Assembly: GCA_002189035.1 (NCBI GenBank)
Contig: CM007992.1
Span: 1,922,001 to 1,986,000 of the forward strand
DNA length: 64,000 bases
Direction: 5' to 3'
From: Utricularia gibba
Lineage: Eukaryota > Plantae > Magnoliophyta
Below, one piece after another: positions 52,140-63,500 of the stretch. The number at the start of each line of letters is the position of its first letter. Position 1 is the first letter of the stretch. The position numbers and the translations under genes are program-made. A model generated the notes under the pieces. It searched no databases. It was not told where the DNA came from and saw nothing but the letters and a program-made list of their open reading frames with translations.

Positions 52140-53602
52140 ACATGAAGAGATTGAAGGTAATCCAAGCTACTTAACCCGTAGATTATGCTAGACATCAATA
52201 TGTGTTATGCTATATGGAGAAGGCACACGAGAATATGAAAAAAGGGATCAGCTGAGCTATGGAAAAATAATCAATCAAGTTTTTTAGTATCTTTATATAC
52301 CTATTTATTTGCAACTTTTGTACACTTTTCATTATGACAAACACTAGTGATCTAAGTCTCCCTCGTTCATCTTGCTGTTTAGATTCCCCACCTCTTCCAC
52401 AACCTTCTTCCTTTTAGTATCAGAGCAGCCCGTTGTTCATACAACTGGGTTCTTCTTCCTTGCACGCTTCCGCACACTGCTTCTCAATGGCATCCTTCAC
52501 CAATATCAACGTCGCCAACTTCATTACGGTAAAACTGAACAGCACAAACTACCCTCTATGGAAGGAGATGGCTTTGGGGCTTGCAGAAAATCAGGGAATC
52601 GATGGCCACCTCACTGGAGAGACCGCTGCACCCCTTCAATTCACTCCAATTCCTGTTGGGCAAGAACCCACAATAGCACCGCAACAGACGGAGCAATACA
52701 CCAAGTGGTGGACTGAAGATCGACTTCTGCGCAGCTGGCTTATGGGAACAATTTCTGAAGATTCATGGCCCTTAATCATGGGTTGCGAAACCTTAGCCGC
52801 TGTTTGGACAGCTCTTCAGGATGCTTATGCTCAAAATACAGAAGAGCGTCGCTACACCCTTTGATATCAACTCACGCAAAACAGGAAAAAATTTGACCAG
52901 CCTCTTAATGAGTATTTATTGAAGTTTAAATCCTTGTGTGACAATCTTGCAACAATTGGCGCTCCCATACCAGACGATGAAAAGGTCTATTGCCTCCTCA
53001 CTGGTCTCGGACCCAACTATGACGCATTCTCCACCACCATGCTCAAGGAACCACGTCCCTCCTTTAGCACAACCGTATACCTCCAAAATCACCTACCATC
53101 TCTTTCACTAAAAAGGGAGTCCCCTTTTTCAATACTTTATGACCTTAATCCTGATTATTCTATACTACGTGTCTTTGGCTCCAAATGTTTTCCATATTTA
53201 TGGGATTCCAAAAAAAATAAATTCTCACCAAAAACTTCTTTATGTGTGTTTATAGGTTACAGCGACAATCATAAAGGTTATCGGTGCTATGATCCATCAA
53301 CAAGAAAACTTCACATTTCCCGTCATGTCATATTCGATGAAACATCCTTCCCTTATCGCTCACGTGACAAATCACCGCCGCATCCTGATCTTGTATCCAA
53401 CCTCTTCGAAATTTGGACCCAAGACACACAAGAGAAGCAGGGCACCTTAATGCCTTCGTCTACTTGTCACCACCCACTCGGCGGAGACCACTCCCTACCT
53501 AGCGAAGGGCACTTGGCTGCACCAATAAATGCTGAAACTCCAGCATTTATTGAACATCATGTCCCTGTGAACACCCCTTTACGTGAAGCTAATATAGAAC
53601 TT
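52140..53602 (+). mobile_element. Ale/Retrofit-like copia, 5' part (LTR end, PBS, gag, deleted INT core, INT C-terminus)
   Basis: TAGTATCAGAGC at ~52415; ITVKLNSTNYPLWKE; DRLLRSWL..TISE; VYCLLTGLGPNY; LRVFGSKCFPYL..CVFIGYS..KGYRCYDP..ISRHVIFDE. Left boundary approximate. Confidence 0.78.
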
Positions 53603-56600
53603 TGTTGTTGCAAGAAAAATAGAGTCTTGGGAAGTAACAAAAAGGTAATGCTTATGAGATCACCTTGGATGAAAAACGACTCATGAACAATAATAATGAC
53701 CGAAAACCTAATGACACGCATTCCTAGTAGGGTTTATATATACCCAATACCTAGGTTACCCAACAGTGGGCCACAATCATTGAAAACACACAAAAAGCCC
53801 AACAACTCAAATCCAACACTTCCATGCTCGAACCCAATACCTTTTTTATCTGAAATATGACATTATGACACATGTTTAGTTCTTCCAATCACCTTCAAGG
53901 TTTGGATTGAGGCTGATCTCCAACATTCCCCCCAGACCGAGATCTCCCAATTTGAGAAAGTCTTCCATAGTCATGAGATTCATGTTCTTCCTTGCTAGCT
54001 CAAAGTGAACTCTGTTCAAACCTTTGGTGAGCCCATCAGCAAGCTGATTCCCACTCTCAACATATTGCACTTTAATCTTCTTCTCCTTGATGTAATTCCT
54101 TATGACATGATACCTGATTCTTATGTGTTTGGCTTTGCTGAAGTTCGTCGGATCCTTGGCAATGGAGATTGCAGCTCGATTATCCATAAGCAGATGTGTA
54201 GCTTCCTGTTGTATGAATCCAAGTTCGTTTAGCATCTGCCTGAACCAAACACAATAGTTCGAAGCATGTGCTGCTGAGATGTATTCTGCTTCAGCTGTTG
54301 ATTGTGCTACCACTTTTTGTTTCTTAGAAAACCAGACTACAGGGCACTTATTTAAGAAGAAGAGTGCACCAGATGTACTCTTGCTATCTTCAGCCATACC
54401 ATAATCACTATCTGAGTAGGCTCTAAGTTTCAAGACTGGTTTTTCACCTTCATAGGGATAGAACAATCCGAAATCAGTAGATGATTTTATGTACCTGAAA
54501 GCTCTTTTCACAGCTGCCATGTGAGTTGTTGTTGGTTTGTTGAGGAAGCGAGATAAGACGTTTACACAAAAACACAAGTCAGGCCTTGTATGCTGGAGAT
54601 AAATGAGGCTTCCAATCATACTTCTATAAGTAGTGGCATCCACATTCTTTCCCTGATTGTTCTCTCCAATCACTTGTTTGTAATCCAAAGGCGTTTTTGA
54701 AGGATTGACATCTTTGAACCCAAACCTTTCAAGAAGTTCATTACAGTACTTTTTCTGAGATATGAATGTTCCAACACCTTCAAGCTGATGAATTTCCATG
54801 CCTAGATAGTAAGACATCATTCCAAGGTCAGTCATTTTGAATTCATTTTTGAGCAGAGCTTTGAATTCCTCAATCTTCCTTTCATTACCTGAGGTAATCA
54901 TAAGATCATCCACATATAAGCTAATAAATAAACGATCATCTTCTTTTCCTTTAACATATAGTGAGTAATCACTATATGTTTTTCTGAAACCAATACCCTG
55001 AAGAAAGTTATCCATGCGTTCATTCCATGCTCTAGGAGCTTGCTTCAACCCATAGAGAGATTTCTTTAGCTTCAATACCTTGTCTTCATGACCTGACACT
55101 TCGAAGCCCTTTGGTTGTTCAACAAAAACAACCTCCTCCAACACACCATTCAAGAACGCAGTCTTAACATCCATGTGATGCACTTTCCATCCATGAGCAG
55201 CTGAAATGGCAAGAAGTACTTTAATCGTGTCAAATCTTGCTACTGGTGCAAAAACCTCATGAAAATTTATTCCTTTGATCTGACTATATCCCTTGGCTAC
55301 TAATCTAGCCTTATATTTGTTGATAGAACCATCTGCATTCATCTTGGTTTTGAATAACCACTTGAGGCCAATAGGTTTGAAACCTCTATCCTTGGGTTTA
55401 TCAACTAACTCCCATGTTTCATTTTCAAGTATAGAGTTCATTTCTTCCTTCATGGCCTCTCTCCATTTCGGATTTTGTACAGCCACTTCAAATGATGTTG
55501 GATCTCCTGTCAATAATGCAGCCAAAATATCAGCTACAGCATCTTGGACATCATCATTCAACTTGGAGAAACTTATTGTAGGAGCCTTGTTTCTTTTGCT
55601 TCGTCTAATGTCAGTAACATGACTATCTTCATTATCTATAGAATCTCTGATGTTTTTGCGTTTCCTCCTTTGCCAATCACGATCAGATGGGTAATAATCT
55701 TCATCATCAGTATCAGGTTCCTCTCCATCAGATTCATCTGTTGATGAGTCTTCTGCATTCGTGCCTTGCTCCTCTTCTGGGATTTCGAAATTCCCATCTG
55801 AATGTAGATCATTGGCCTTCTCCTCCTCTGGAGCTGGAAAATTCTCATCTGAATGCTGATCATTTACTTGATTTGAATCTTCATGAACGAGTTCTGAAGT
55901 TTCTTGGTTTGTTGAATTCCTGGAAGAGAAGTTTTGAGACATGTGTGTCCAGAGGTCTCCTTTCACATGGGTGCTATGCCTTCCATCACTTTTATGAGCT
56001 TCTACATCATTCAGAGAAATGCAATCATCAATTAAAGTATACCTTGCACCTTCATCAAAAGTGACATCATGGCTGAAAATAAATTTCTTCTGTTGAGGTA
56101 AATAAACTTTATATCCCTTGGTAGTGTTGCTATAACCAACAAATACACCAGATGCAGATTTCTTATCAAGTTTTCCTCGTTTTTGGTCTGGTACATGAGT
56201 AAAACACAGACTACCAAAGATTCTGAGATGATCAACCTTTTTAATATAACCATGCCATTTTTCATGCGCGGTTTTTCCACTAATCGCCCTTGAGGGAAGC
56301 AAGTTCAATAGATATACAGATGTAGATACCGCTTCAGCCCAGAAATTTACAGGAAGATCTTTCTCAAACAATAGACATCTTGACATATCAAGGATTGTTC
56401 TGTTTCTCCTTTCACATACACCATTCTGTTGTGGAGAATATGGTACGGTGAATTGATGCATGATTCCCTCATTTTCACAGAACATTCTCATGCTATTATT
56501 GTAGAATTCGCCTCCATTGTCTGATCTAATCATCTTCAAAGAGCATCCACTCTGATTCTCAATCATCACTTTGAATTTTCGAAAGATATGATGAACTTCT

Positions 56601-58906
56601 GACTTGCTTTTAAGAAAGTAAACCCAACAATAACGTGAATAATCATCAATGAATGTAACAAAATATCTACTCCCCCCTAATGAACATTCCTTAAATGGTC
56701 CACAAACATCTGTATGCACAAGCTCTAATTTCTCCTTTGCTACTGAATCACTGGAATAAAATGGCTTTCTACATTGCTTACCTTGATGGCACACTTCACA
56801 TATGGCATTAGCAAACTTGATGTCTTTCAATTCCAGTACTTCCTTATTCTTCTGCAATATTTTCAAATTGTTGAAGCTATAGTGCCCAAAACGTTTGTGC
56901 CAAAGGCTGCTTTGATCCTGAAGTGAGAAAATACAACTTTTATGATCACTGACCATGATTTGGTAGAGGTTGTAGGTGGTCAACACAGCATGGAATTCAA
57001 TCTTCGTTTTTGGATCAGCAACCTTAACTTTAGTGGTTATACCACCAGCATCCTTCATCAGCTCAATGTCAAAACCTTGCCTGCTCAATTGGCCAAAGCT
57101 CAACAGGTTCTGTTTGAGGTTTGGTGAATAATAAACATCATCAACTTGAACAATTCCTTCTTTTAGCAAGAGTAAAATGCTTCCTTTGCCCACAATGCCA
57201 ATATTTTCACCAGTGCACGTGCTTACCTCCTTCCCAATCCTTTCAAGCTTGAGAAATGACCTTGTATCACAACATACATAATAGGAGGCACCAGAGTCCA
57301 AGTACCAACCTTTAGCATCTGAGGCTACTGTCATTAGAGCACACTCATACTCAAAAGGATTTTCAAAAGATATTTCTGGCTCATCTTCAAAGTAGGTAAA
57401 GGATGCATGTGATTTCTCTTCCCTGGAAGTAGTCTTCTTGTTATGTTCAACTTTTATTGGATTGGACATTCCACATACCTTATTAAGATGGCCTCTTTGA
57501 TTGCATTTCGTGCACAAAGCACCAGGCTTCCACCAACAAAACTCACTCCTGTGATTCTGTTTGTTGCAATGCTTGCAAGCATTTGTGCTTAAAGTCCAAC
57601 AATCTTCACTCTTATGGTTGGATTTGTCACAATGCCTGCACTTCTGATTGCCCATCGTTGATGTTTGGATTGACGTTGGTGATTGTTTGATGGCTGTTGA
57701 CTTGACATCTTTGACATTGTTAATTGCACCTGAGGTTACATTCATATTCTGCATTTTGGTGAGGAGAGCAGCTTCACCATAAGTTTTCTCAACTTCATAA
57801 CCATCTCTTAGTTCCAATCTCTTTTCTGTAGATTGCAACTCAATCATGAACTCTCTAAATGTTGGCTCTGGTGTAACAGGATATTCAGGATACAGCTGAT
57901 GGAGCTTTCCTTCAATAATGTCAAAGATTTTTCTTTCTGTCTCAAGTGCACATAACTTTGGCTCGAATCTTGCAGGTAGGCTCATGATTGCCTTGCTAAT
58001 CACCTTTTGATCCTCAAGTTTTTCCCCCAATCCTCGAATCTCCTTCACAAGCTTCGCAGTACGTTCATAATAGACTTGTATGGTTTCATTGTCTAACATT
58101 TTGTTCCTCTCAAAGTCCTCCAGCTTGTTTTTGCATAATATCTCTCTGAGTTTGGCATCGCCTTCATAATGGGATTTGAGAGTATCCCATATTTCTTTTG
58201 CTGATTGACACTCTGCAATATCATCAAATAGATGTTCAGAGATGGCTTGATACAAGGCATCCATTGCTTCATCTTTTCTCTGTTGAAGATACTCAGCTTC
58301 CTCTTGCTGTTCTGATGTGGATTTGCTTGTTATTGTAATAGCCGGAATCTCCCTTTCAACAACATCCCAAATCTTTCTGACCCGAAGGTAGCTGCGCATC
58401 TTTTTGACCCAGCTTCCATACTCTGAACCATCAAATATTGGAGGTCCTCTACCAGATGCCATCATAGCCACCGCTTGACAAGCTTTGGGTTGATACTTGG
58501 TAGTCCACCAGGTAAAAAACGCTGAACGGTATATAAAATACTGAAACGAACACAGGTTTGAGAACCTTACTGCTCTGATACCATGTTATTGCAAGAAAAA
58601 TAGAGTCTTGGGAAGTAACAAAAAGGTAATGCTTATGAGATCACCTTGGATGAAAAACGACTCATGAACAATAATAATGACCGAAAACCTAATGACACGC
58701 ATTCCTAGTAGGGTTTATATATACCCAATACCTAGGTTACCCAACAGTGGACCACAATCATTGAAAACACACAAAAAGCCCAACAACTCAAATCCAACAC
58801 TTCCATGCTCGAACCCAATACCTTTTTTATCTGAAATATGACATTATGACACATGTTTAGTTCTTCCAATCACCTTCAAGGTTTGGATTGAGGCTGATCT
58901 CCAACA
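53603..58906 (-). mobile_element. Young full-length Ty1/copia element, copy 1 (5304 bp)
   Basis: 323-bp LTRs 58584-58906 and 53603-53925 (2 differences seen); PBS TGGTATCAGAGCA (58571-58583); PPT GGGGGGAA; intact ORF. Confidence 0.97.
53876..58465 (-). CDS. gag-pol: Intact copia gag-pol polyprotein (~1529 aa from first ATG)
   Basis: Single ORF: gag, CCHC knuckles, WYLDSGAS protease, WHKRFGH pre-integrase, HTDVCGP/SDNGGEF integrase, MDVKTAFLNG/LYVDD RT, ADGLTKGL RNase H. Confidence 0.95.
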   Translation of the reverse strand: MMASGRGPPIFDGSEYGSWVKKMRSYLRVRKIWDVVEREIPAITITSKSTSEQQEEAEYLQQRKDEAMDALYQAISEHLFDDIAECQSAKEIWDTLKSHYEGDAKLREILCKNKLEDFERNKMLDNETIQVYYERTAKLVKEIRGLGEKLEDQKVISKAIMSLPARFEPKLCALETERKIFDIIEGKLHQLYPEYPVTPEPTFREFMIELQSTEKRLELRDGYEVEKTYGEAALLTKMQNMNVTSGAINNVKDVKSTAIKQSPTSIQTSTMGNQKCRHCDKSNHKSEDCWTLSTNACKHCNKQNHRSEFCWWKPGALCTKCNQRGHLNKVCGMSNPIKVEHNKKTTSREEKSHASFTYFEDEPEISFENPFEYECALMTVASDAKGWYLDSGASYYVCCDTRSFLKLERIGKEVSTCTGENIGIVGKGSILLLLKEGIVQVDDVYYSPNLKQNLLSFGQLSRQGFDIELMKDAGGITTKVKVADPKTKIEFHAVLTTYNLYQIMVSDHKSCIFSLQDQSSLWHKRFGHYSFNNLKILQKNKEVLELKDIKFANAICEVCHQGKQCRKPFYSSDSVAKEKLELVHTDVCGPFKECSLGGSRYFVTFIDDYSRYCWVYFLKSKSEVHHIFRKFKVMIENQSGCSLKMIRSDNGGEFYNNSMRMFCENEGIMHQFTVPYSPQQNGVCERRNRTILDMSRCLLFEKDLPVNFWAEAVSTSVYLLNLLPSRAISGKTAHEKWHGYIKKVDHLRIFGSLCFTHVPDQKRGKLDKKSASGVFVGYSNTTKGYKVYLPQQKKFIFSHDVTFDEGARYTLIDDCISLNDVEAHKSDGRHSTHVKGDLWTHMSQNFSSRNSTNQETSELVHEDSNQVNDQHSDENFPAPEEEKANDLHSDGNFEIPEEEQGTNAEDSSTDESDGEEPDTDDEDYYPSDRDWQRRKRKNIRDSIDNEDSHVTDIRRSKRNKAPTISFSKLNDDVQDAVADILAALLTGDPTSFEVAVQNPKWREAMKEEMNSILENETWELVDKPKDRGFKPIGLKWLFKTKMNADGSINKYKARLVAKGYSQIKGINFHEVFAPVARFDTIKVLLAISAAHGWKVHHMDVKTAFLNGVLEEVVFVEQPKGFEVSGHEDKVLKLKKSLYGLKQAPRAWNERMDNFLQGIGFRKTYSDYSLYVKGKEDDRLFISLYVDDLMITSGNERKIEEFKALLKNEFKMTDLGMMSYYLGMEIHQLEGVGTFISQKKYCNELLERFGFKDVNPSKTPLDYKQVIGENNQGKNVDATTYRSMIGSLIYLQHTRPDLCFCVNVLSRFLNKPTTTHMAAVKRAFRYIKSSTDFGLFYPYEGEKPVLKLRAYSDSDYGMAEDSKSTSGALFFLNKCPVVWFSKKQKVVAQSTAEAEYISAAHASNYCVWFRQMLNELGFIQQEATHLLMDNRAAISIAKDPTNFSKAKHIRIRYHVIRNYIKEKKIKVQYVESGNQLADGLTKGLNRVHFELARKNMNLMTMEDFLKLGDLGLGGMLEISLNPNLEGDWKN

Positions 58907-59685
58907 GTTTTTCCACCCTATTCTTCCTTGTGTGATGGTCCAGCAGGGCTCGTCCTTCTGGTCTTAGTGCCTCAACTCTGTTTAGAGTCCCTAAAATTCT
59001 TTTTTCAAAACCTAAATTTGGTGCCCTTGTTGGTCGGTTTCCAAACAAGCGTTTCCTTTCAAGGTGTATAAAGTGCTCAATGTTCATTGTTATGTGCTAT
59101 GTGTATACATTACGAAATGGAGAGGAGTGTGGCTCGAGTGTGGACCCACACTCCTAGCAACATGGTAAACTTGCATCCTTTTGCCACCAATCGTGCCTTC
59201 AGTCGATTGAGAGATCCGTTGGGGTTAAGATTTGCTTTGTATACCCACTTGCATCCAATTATATGTTGTGCAGTGTTGCGAGGTACAAGAGACCATGTTT
59301 TGTTGCGATGTAGGGCGTCCAACTCCTCAAGCATAGCTGCTTTCCATCCTGGGTGATTGAGCGCCTCTTTGATCCCTTTTGGCTCCAAGGGGATTGTACT
59401 GTAATGCTCCATGTAAAGTGTATACTTGGGGTTTGGTTTGATTATTCCTCGTTGTGATCGAGTGGTCATGGCATGTGAACGCTGTGGAGAAGACACATTA
59501 GTTACAACAGGAGCATCAGGAAATTCTGGTACCTCAAGGTTGTCGTACGGTTCTTGGCGACCCGCTATTGTTCCTTGTGTGGCATGCTGTGGTGAGGGCA
59601 GCGGTTCTAGAACAAGTGATGAAGGAGATGGAACGGGGTGAATGTGCTATGAGAAAGGGGTACTAGTCTCTCTGATTTCAGTTTC

Positions 59686-60292
59686 TGATGTGACCTTTTA
59701 ATCTATTGAGATTAGCAACCCATAAACAAGAGGTGATTTTGAAATTTAGAAAGGAACCCACTCAAGTCTACTCTCAAGAGAATGAATCTCTTGCAACCAA
59801 ACTTCAAAACAAAGAAAATTAAGAGCCACACTTCAGAAAAAACAAGGGATTGGAAGTGATAATCCTAGGAAGCTACAAGCTCAAAGCTTGATAAGTTAAG
59901 AGTGTACAAGCACTCGAAGAAGAGGAGAATCCTCACAACATACATCAAATGACTAAAAGTCCCTCAAAGACTATATCTCTAGAGTATTTATACTCTAGAA
60001 TTGGGCTCCAACATTACAAAGCCCAAACTAAATAAGATAGGAAAGCCTACAAGGCCAATAACACCCATGGAAGAATGGATGATGTTTTGGGCTTTAAGTT
60101 GGATTGAGACTCCAATAGTTGAACTCCTTTGATGGTAATATGTCAGGCTCAATGTTGTTTCCAATTGTGTTGAGTAGACTCTTACTTCTTATAATTGGTC
60201 CTGGTGAAATGATATTTGTCTCTAATGTGTTCAATTGGTCAAACTCCTCATCATCCTTTAAATACACTTCCTTATCTTCTTGGGACTCATCA
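59686..60292 (-). mobile_element. CRM-like solo LTR (607 bp)
   Basis: TGAT...ATCA termini; TSD GTTTC/GTTTT (4/5); encodes GPIIRSKS resembling the CRM GPITRARAK motif inside the LTR; removal restores the Ale frame MKT-EIRE. Confidence 0.72.
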
Positions 60293-60316
60293 GTTTTCAT
60301 GCTCACGGGTGCATCA

Positions 60317-60502
60317 CCGTCATCACCATGAGTTGTGGCTTGAGCTGTGTTAAGTTCAGATCCATCGAAGGTTCCTTCACCAAATGAAGTAGCAGTCATC
60401 ATTGTCGTCCCATCATCACCATCGGTTGTGGCTTGAGCGGCGTTGAGTTCAGAGCCATCGAAGGTGCCTTCACCAAATGAAGTAGCAGTCATCATTGTCG
60501 TC
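60317..60502. repeat. 93-bp tandem duplication (2 copies) in Ale linker
   Basis: Encodes TTMMTATSFGEGTFDGSELN(A/T)AQATT(D/H)GDDG twice. Confidence 0.9.
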
Positions 60503-60521
60503 CCTGAAACATTGGGAAGTT

Positions 60522-63500
60522 TGTTGGAGATCAGCCTCAATCCAAACCTTGAAGGTGATTGGAAGAACTAAACATGTGTCATAATGTCATATTTCAGATA
60601 AAAAAGGTATTGGGTTCGAGCATGGAAGTGTTGGATTTGAGTTGTTGGGCTTTTTGTGTGTTTTCAATGATTGTGGCCCACTGTTGGGTAACCTAGGTAT
60701 TGGGTATATATAAACCCTACTAGGAATGCGTGTCATTAGGTTTTCGGTCATTATTATTGTTCATGAGTCGTTTTTCATCCAAGGTGATCTCATAAGCATT
60801 ACCTTTTTGTTACTTCCCAAGACTCTATTTTTCTTGCAATAACATGGTATCAGAGCAGTAAGGTTCTCAAACCTGTGTTCGTTTCAGTATTTTATATACC
60901 GTTCAGCGTTTTTTACCTGGTGGACTACCAAGTATCAACCCAAAGCTTGTCAAGCGGTGGCTATGATGGCATCTGGTAGAGGACCTCCAATATTTGATGG
61001 TTCAGAGTATGGAAGCTGGGTCAAAAAGATGCGCAGCTACCTTCGGGTCAGAAAGATTTGGGATGTTGTTGAAAGGGAGATTCCGGCTATTACAATAACA
61101 AGCAAATCCACATCAGAACAGCAAGAGGAAGCTGAGTATCTTCAACAGAGAAAAGATGAAGCAATGGATGCCTTGTATCAAGCCATCTCTGAACATCTAT
61201 TTGATGATATTGCAGAGTGTCAATCAGCAAAAGAAATATGGAATACTCTCAAATCCCATTATGAAGGCGATGCCAAACTCAGAGAGATATTATGCAAAAA
61301 CAAGCTGGAGGACTTTGAGAGCAACAAAATGTTAGACAATGAAACCATACAAGTCTATTATGAACGTACTGCGAAGCTTGTGAAGGAGATTCGAGGATTG
61401 GGGGAAAAACTTGAGGATCAAAAGGTGATTAGCAAGGCAATCATGAGCCTACCTGCAAGATTCGAGCCAAAGTTATGTGCATTTGAGACAGAAAGAAAAA
61501 TCTTTGACATTATTGAAGGAAAGCTCCATCAGCTGTATCCTGAATATCCTGTTTTACCAGAGCCAACATTTAGAGAGTTCATGATTCAGTTGCAATCTAC
61601 AGAAAAGAGATTGGAACTAAGAGATGGTTATGAAGTTGAGAAAACTTATGGTGAAGCTGCTCTCCTCACCAAAATGCAGAATATGAATGTAACCTCAGGT
61701 GCAATTAACAATGTCAAAGATGTCAAGTCAACAGCCATCAAACAATCACCAACGTCAATCCAAACATCAACGATGGGCAATCAGAAGTGCAGGCATTGTG
61801 ACAAATCCAACCATAAGAGTGAAGATTGTTGGACTTTAAGCACAAATGCTTGCAAGCATTGCAACAAACAGAATCACAGGAGTGAGTTTTGTTGGTGGAA
61901 GCCTGATGCTTTGTGCACGAAATGCAATCAAAGAGGCCATCTTGATAAGGTATGTGGAATGTCCAATTCAATAAAAGTTGAACATAACAAGAAGACTACT
62001 TCCAGGGAAGAGAAATCACATGCATCCTTTACCTACTTTGAAGATGAGCCAGAAATATCTTTTGAAAATCCTTTTGAGTATGAGTGTGCTCTAATGACAG
62101 TAGCCTCAGATGCTAAAGATTGGTACTTGGACTCTGGTGCCTCCTATCATGTATGTTGTGATACAAGGTCATTTCTCAAGCTTGAAAGGATTGGGAAGGA
62201 GGTAAGCACGTGCACTGGTGAAAATATTGGCACTGTGGGCAAAGGAAGCATTTTACTCTTGCTAAAAGAAGGAATTGTTCAAGTTGATGATGTTTATTAT
62301 TCACCAAACCTCAAACAGAACCTGTTGAGCTTTGGCCAATTGAGCAGGCAAGGTTTTGACATTGAGCTGATGAAGGATGCTGGTGGTATAACCACTAAAG
62401 TTAAGGTTGCTGATCCAAAAACGAAGATTGAATTCCATGCTGTGTTGACCACCTACAACCTCTACCAAATCATGGTCAGTGATCATAAAAGTTGTATTTT
62501 CTCACTTCAGGATCAAAGCAGCCTTTGGCACAAACGTTTTGGGCACTATAGCTTCAACAATTTGAAAATATTGCAGAAGAATAAGGAAGTACTGGAATTG
62601 AAAGACATCAAGTTTGCTAATGCCATATGTGAAGTGTGCCATCAAGGTAAGCAATGTAGAAAGCCGTTTTATTCCAGTGATTCAGTAGCAAAGGAGAAAT
62701 TAGAGCTTGTGCATACAGATGTTTGTGGACCATTTAAGGAATGTTCATTAGGGGGAGTAGATATTTTGTTACATTCATTGATGATTATTCACGTTATTGT
62801 TGGGTTTACTTTCTTAAAAGCAAGTCAGAAGTTCATCATATCTTTCGAAAATTCAAAGTGATGATTGAGAATCAGAGTGGATGCTCTTTGAAGATGATTA
62901 GATCAGACAATGGAGGCGAATTCTACAATAATAGCATGAGAATGTTCTGTGAAAATGAGGGAATCATGCATCAATTCACCGTACCATATTCTCCACAACA
63001 GAATGGTGTATGTGAAAGGAGAAACAGAACAATCCTTGATATGTCAAGATGTCTATTGTTTGAGAAAGATCTTCCTGTAAATTTCTGGGCTGAAGCGGTA
63101 TCTACATCTGTATATCTATTGAACTTGCTTCCCTCAAGGGCGATTAGTGGAAAAACCGCGCATGAAAAATGGCATGGTTATATTAAAAAGGTTGATCATT
63201 TCAGAATCTTTGGTAGTCTGTGTTTTACTCATGTACCAGACCAAAAACGAGGAAAACTTGATAAGAAATCTGCATCTGGTGTATTTGTTGGTTATAGCAA
63301 CACTACCAAGGGATATAAAGTTTATTTACCTCAACAGAAGAAATTTATTTTCAGCCATGATGTCACTTTTGATGAAGGTGCAAGGTATACTTTAATTGAT
63401 GATTGCATTTCTCTGAATGATGTAGAAGCTCATAAAAGTGATGGAAGGCATAGCACCCATGGGAAAGGAGACCTCTGGACACACATGTCTCAAAACTTCT

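Larger units (their letters stand above)
59155..60521 (-). pseudogene. Inverted continuation of the Ale-like element (linker and RT start)
   Basis: LPNVSGTT... continues EANIE-L from 53602 when flipped; HAMTTRSQRGIIKPNPKY, EPKGIKEAL, NKTWSLVP, GCKWVYK, RLKARLVAKG. Confidence 0.85.

Noticed and set aside
53598-58911. Mismatch of copy-1 flanks explained by TSD decay
   Set aside because: The LTRs are ~99.4% identical, so AACTT vs GTTTT cannot be decay. The flank exchange with copy 2 explains it.
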